From Bacteroidota bacterium (GTDB taxonomy: Bacteria > Bacteroidota > Bacteroidia > Palsa-948): 64,000 nucleotides of DNA. The position numbers and the translations under genes are program-made. Positions 61,886 through 64,000 of the stretch are shown here, piece after piece. The notes under the pieces are model-generated. The model searched no databases. It was not told the DNA's origin and saw nothing but the letters and a program-made list of their open reading frames with translations. The DNA lies in contig PLUL01000014.1 in assembly GCA_003164895.1 (NCBI GenBank), positions 100,954 to 164,953 of the forward strand, read 5' to 3'. Position 1 is the first letter of the stretch. Each line of letters starts with the position of its first letter.

Positions 61886-62644
61886 ATGACAAAACAAGAA
61901 GCTCTTTTTAAATATTGTTTGCGCCTGGCAGACACAAGTTTGATATTGGCACAACGTAACGGAGAATGGTGCGGACACGGACCCTTTCTCGAAGAAGATC
62001 TGGCACTTACCAACATTTCACTCGATCTGCTCGGACAGGCAAATTCAATTTTTCAATATGCCTCTCAGGTTGAAGGCAAAGGACGAACTGAAGACCAGTT
62101 AGCATTTCACCGCAATGAACGAGAATTCTACAATACATTGATCGTAGAACAGCTTAACGGAGATTATGCGAAAACTATTCTTCGTCAGTTCTTATGCGAT
62201 GCGTTTGATTTCTATTTCTACTCAGAACTAGTAAAGAGCAAAGACGAAACGCTTTCTGCCATTGCCGCGAAGTCGTTGAAAGAAATCACTTATCATTTTC
62301 GTCACTCGTCTTCGTGGGTGGAACGCTTAGGTGATGGAACGGATGAAAGCCATAACCGAATTCAAAATGCATTGAACGAACTTTGGCGATTCACCGGAGA
62401 AATGTTCGAGATGAATGAAGTGGATTCTGTTTTAATAAAAGAAGGAATTGCAGTTGATCTTGCAGCGATTCAGACAAAGTGGGAAAGCAAAGTGAAAGAA
62501 ATTCTTGAGAGGGCAACTCTAAAAATTCCTTCAACTGCTTTTATGCAGCGTGGCAGTCGTGAAGGAAAACATACTGAACATTTAGGATATATTCTTGCTG
62601 AAATGCAGTCGCTGCCAAGAGCATTACCGGATGCAAAATGGTAA
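61886..62644 (+). CDS. paaC: 1,2-phenylacetyl-CoA epoxidase subunit C
   Basis: 252-aa ferritin-like protein in the paaA-B-C-D order. Confidence 0.75.
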   Translation: MTKQEALFKYCLRLADTSLILAQRNGEWCGHGPFLEEDLALTNISLDLLGQANSIFQYASQVEGKGRTEDQLAFHRNEREFYNTLIVEQLNGDYAKTILRQFLCDAFDFYFYSELVKSKDETLSAIAAKSLKEITYHFRHSSSWVERLGDGTDESHNRIQNALNELWRFTGEMFEMNEVDSVLIKEGIAVDLAAIQTKWESKVKEILERATLKIPSTAFMQRGSREGKHTEHLGYILAEMQSLPRALPDAKW

Positions 62645-63135
62645 CCACACAATTATCGAAAGAAAAAATATTCTCACTTCTTTCAGAAATTCCTGATCCC
62701 GAAATTCCTGTTATAAATATTAAGGAGCTTGGAATTTTGCGCGATGTAGTAATAAAAGAGAATGATGTGGAAGTTGTTATCACACCAACTTACAGCGGCT
62801 GCCCGGCAATGAAACAAATTGAAGATGATATTATATCAAAACTCAAAACCAATGGAATTGAAAATGCAAAAGTGAAAATGGTTTATCATCCCGCATGGAC
62901 AACCGATTGGATCACCGAAGAAGCAAAAAATAAATTAAGGCAATATGGAATTGCTCCTCCTGAAAACACAACTGTAGATAAAGGTGCACTCATGGGAAAG
63001 AAAAAAATTTTAGAATGTCCTCGCTGTCATTCGAAAAACACTGTGATGGTTTCCCAATTCGGTTCCACAGCTTGCAAAGCACTTTTTCAATGCAGCGATT
63101 GCAAAGAAGCATTTGATTATTTCAAGTGCATCTAA
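62638..63135 (+). CDS. paaD: Phenylacetate-CoA oxygenase subunit PaaD (DUF59 Fe-S assembly-like domain plus C-terminal zinc ribbon)
   Basis: DUF59-like ...VVITPTYSGCPAM...; C-terminal CPRCHS...CSDC zinc ribbon; overlaps the paaC stop. Confidence 0.75.
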   Translation: MVTTQLSKEKIFSLLSEIPDPEIPVINIKELGILRDVVIKENDVEVVITPTYSGCPAMKQIEDDIISKLKTNGIENAKVKMVYHPAWTTDWITEEAKNKLRQYGIAPPENTTVDKGALMGKKKILECPRCHSKNTVMVSQFGSTACKALFQCSDCKEAFDYFKCI

Positions 63136-63187
63136 TATTATCTTTGCAGCCTTTTAAAAATAAAATCAAAAACCCCGAACATTAATT

Positions 63188-63634
63188 ATGAAGAAAATTG
63201 TTGATTACCGAAAACTTTTAGGAGTGAATAAAACTGCCACGTTAAGTGAATTAAAAACGATTTACAGGAATTTTATGAAGGAACACCATCCGGATAAATT
63301 TCAGGATGACCACGAGCATAAATCTGCATCCGAAGAAAAGAGCAAAAAAATTATTGAAGCGTATCATTTTTTAGTAAGCATTGCACCGGAAACTGTTACG
63401 CAAAATCAAGAACAATATATTAAGACCACCACTACTTCAGCCATTGTTGATTTTACTTACAAAGCACAAACTCTGGAAATTCATTTTGAAGATGGAAGCG
63501 GCTACGAATATTTTGATGTTCCGCACAACACCTACAACAAACTTTGCAACTCTGAATCTCAGGGAAGATTTGCTCGAAGACATATTTACAATGAATTTGT
63601 CTACCGGAATATTAAAAGGATCGAAACAGAATAG
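63188..63634 (+). CDS. J-domain protein with C-terminal KTSC domain
   Basis: DYRKLLGVNKTATLSELKTIYRNFMKEHHPDK (J-domain HPD motif); C-terminal EIHFEDGSGYEYFDVPHNTYNKLCNSESQGRFARRHI (KTSC-like). Confidence 0.65.
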   Translation: MKKIVDYRKLLGVNKTATLSELKTIYRNFMKEHHPDKFQDDHEHKSASEEKSKKIIEAYHFLVSIAPETVTQNQEQYIKTTTTSAIVDFTYKAQTLEIHFEDGSGYEYFDVPHNTYNKLCNSESQGRFARRHIYNEFVYRNIKRIETE

Positions 63635-63639
63635 ATTTA

Positions 63640-64000
63640 TTATTTTTCCGCTTCGCCAATCTTCAACTTGCTTATCACTTTTACCGGACCCGTGCAATAT
63701 TGATTGTGGCAGGAAATACATTGGTCAACCATTTCATTGAACGCATGTTTACGTGATGCTCCGTCTTTCACAGAATATAAATTTTGCAAACGATTCAAAT
63801 AATTTTCAGAGAACTTATCAAATGCATTTGACCGCACGGTAGAATCGGTAGCTTTTGCAGTATATATTTTTTGAAATGAAACAGGAAAAGTATCGAGTGT
63901 CCTATCATTTATAATATAATCGCGAAGCAAAGAGGCATGCGAATGCATATTTCTCATAAGCTTAGCTAATTCGCTCGACCCATTTGGATTTATTGAATCC
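63640..64000 (-). CDS. Hypothetical protein with CxxCH motif; partial, since the 5' end may lie beyond the window
   Basis: ...VDQCISCHNQYCTGPVK contains a c-type heme-binding CxxCH; the frame is open to the window edge. Confidence 0.35.
   Translation of the reverse strand, partial: DSINPNGSSELAKLMRNMHSHASLLRDYIINDRTLDTFPVSFQKIYTAKATDSTVRSNAFDKFSENYLNRLQNLYSVKDGASRKHAFNEMVDQCISCHNQYCTGPVKVISKLKIGEAEK

Noticed and set aside
1-64000. Search for tRNA, rRNA, CRISPR arrays, transposases and integrases
   Set aside because: No cloverleaf-compatible GTTC/TTCGAAT boxes were found in intergenic regions. No regularly spaced direct repeats are present. No DDE/tyrosine-recombinase-like ORF was recognised.

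Overview
AT-rich chromosomal segment that looks like Bacteroidota (Sphingobacteriia/Chitinophagia-like). The support for this is several T9SS C-terminal sorting domains, a SprB-repeat gliding adhesin, a roughly 287-aa RpoD, and CarboxypepD_reg/TonB receptor pairs. Most of the window is dense housekeeping coding. Recognised genes include dpp4, recR, sucC, a lolD-like ABC ATPase, an M13 peptidase, mnmA, pyrD, rpoD, htrA, dapF, mltG, mutS and paaABCD. There is also an LPS/glycan glycosyltransferase operon (GT4-GT9-GT2-DUF4199), a bacterial small SRP RNA, and many secreted hypothetical proteins. The main item of interest is a co-directional three-gene module at about 39.86-45.59 kb (452 aa, 231 aa, 1204 aa). 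The 1204-aa protein is an SMC-like ATPase with a MukB/JetC-type N-terminal Walker A (TGGNGLGKS), a long coiled coil, and a C-terminal SGGE signature plus Walker B. Gene order and sizes match MksF-MksE-MksB / JetA-JetB-JetC (a Wadjet-like system). No Toprim JetD/MksG nuclease gene is present anywhere in the window. In its place sit a 137-aa orphan ORF and an LRR lipoprotein. The module lies between dapF and a GNAT/mltG pair and is preceded by a conspicuous repeat/palindrome element. Other oddities: a 3' purA remnant upstream of the adhesin gene; an apparent deletion that fused and truncated a convergent Crp/Fnr-like gene and a RelE/ParE toxin gene, leaving an intact antitoxin; an AttH-like secreted protein with an in-frame TAG; a Tyr/Asn/Gly-rich low-complexity secreted protein; a heptanucleotide tandem repeat inside a TrmH-family gene; and paaABCD without an adjacent paaE. 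No tRNA, rRNA, CRISPR array, transposase or integrase was recognised.
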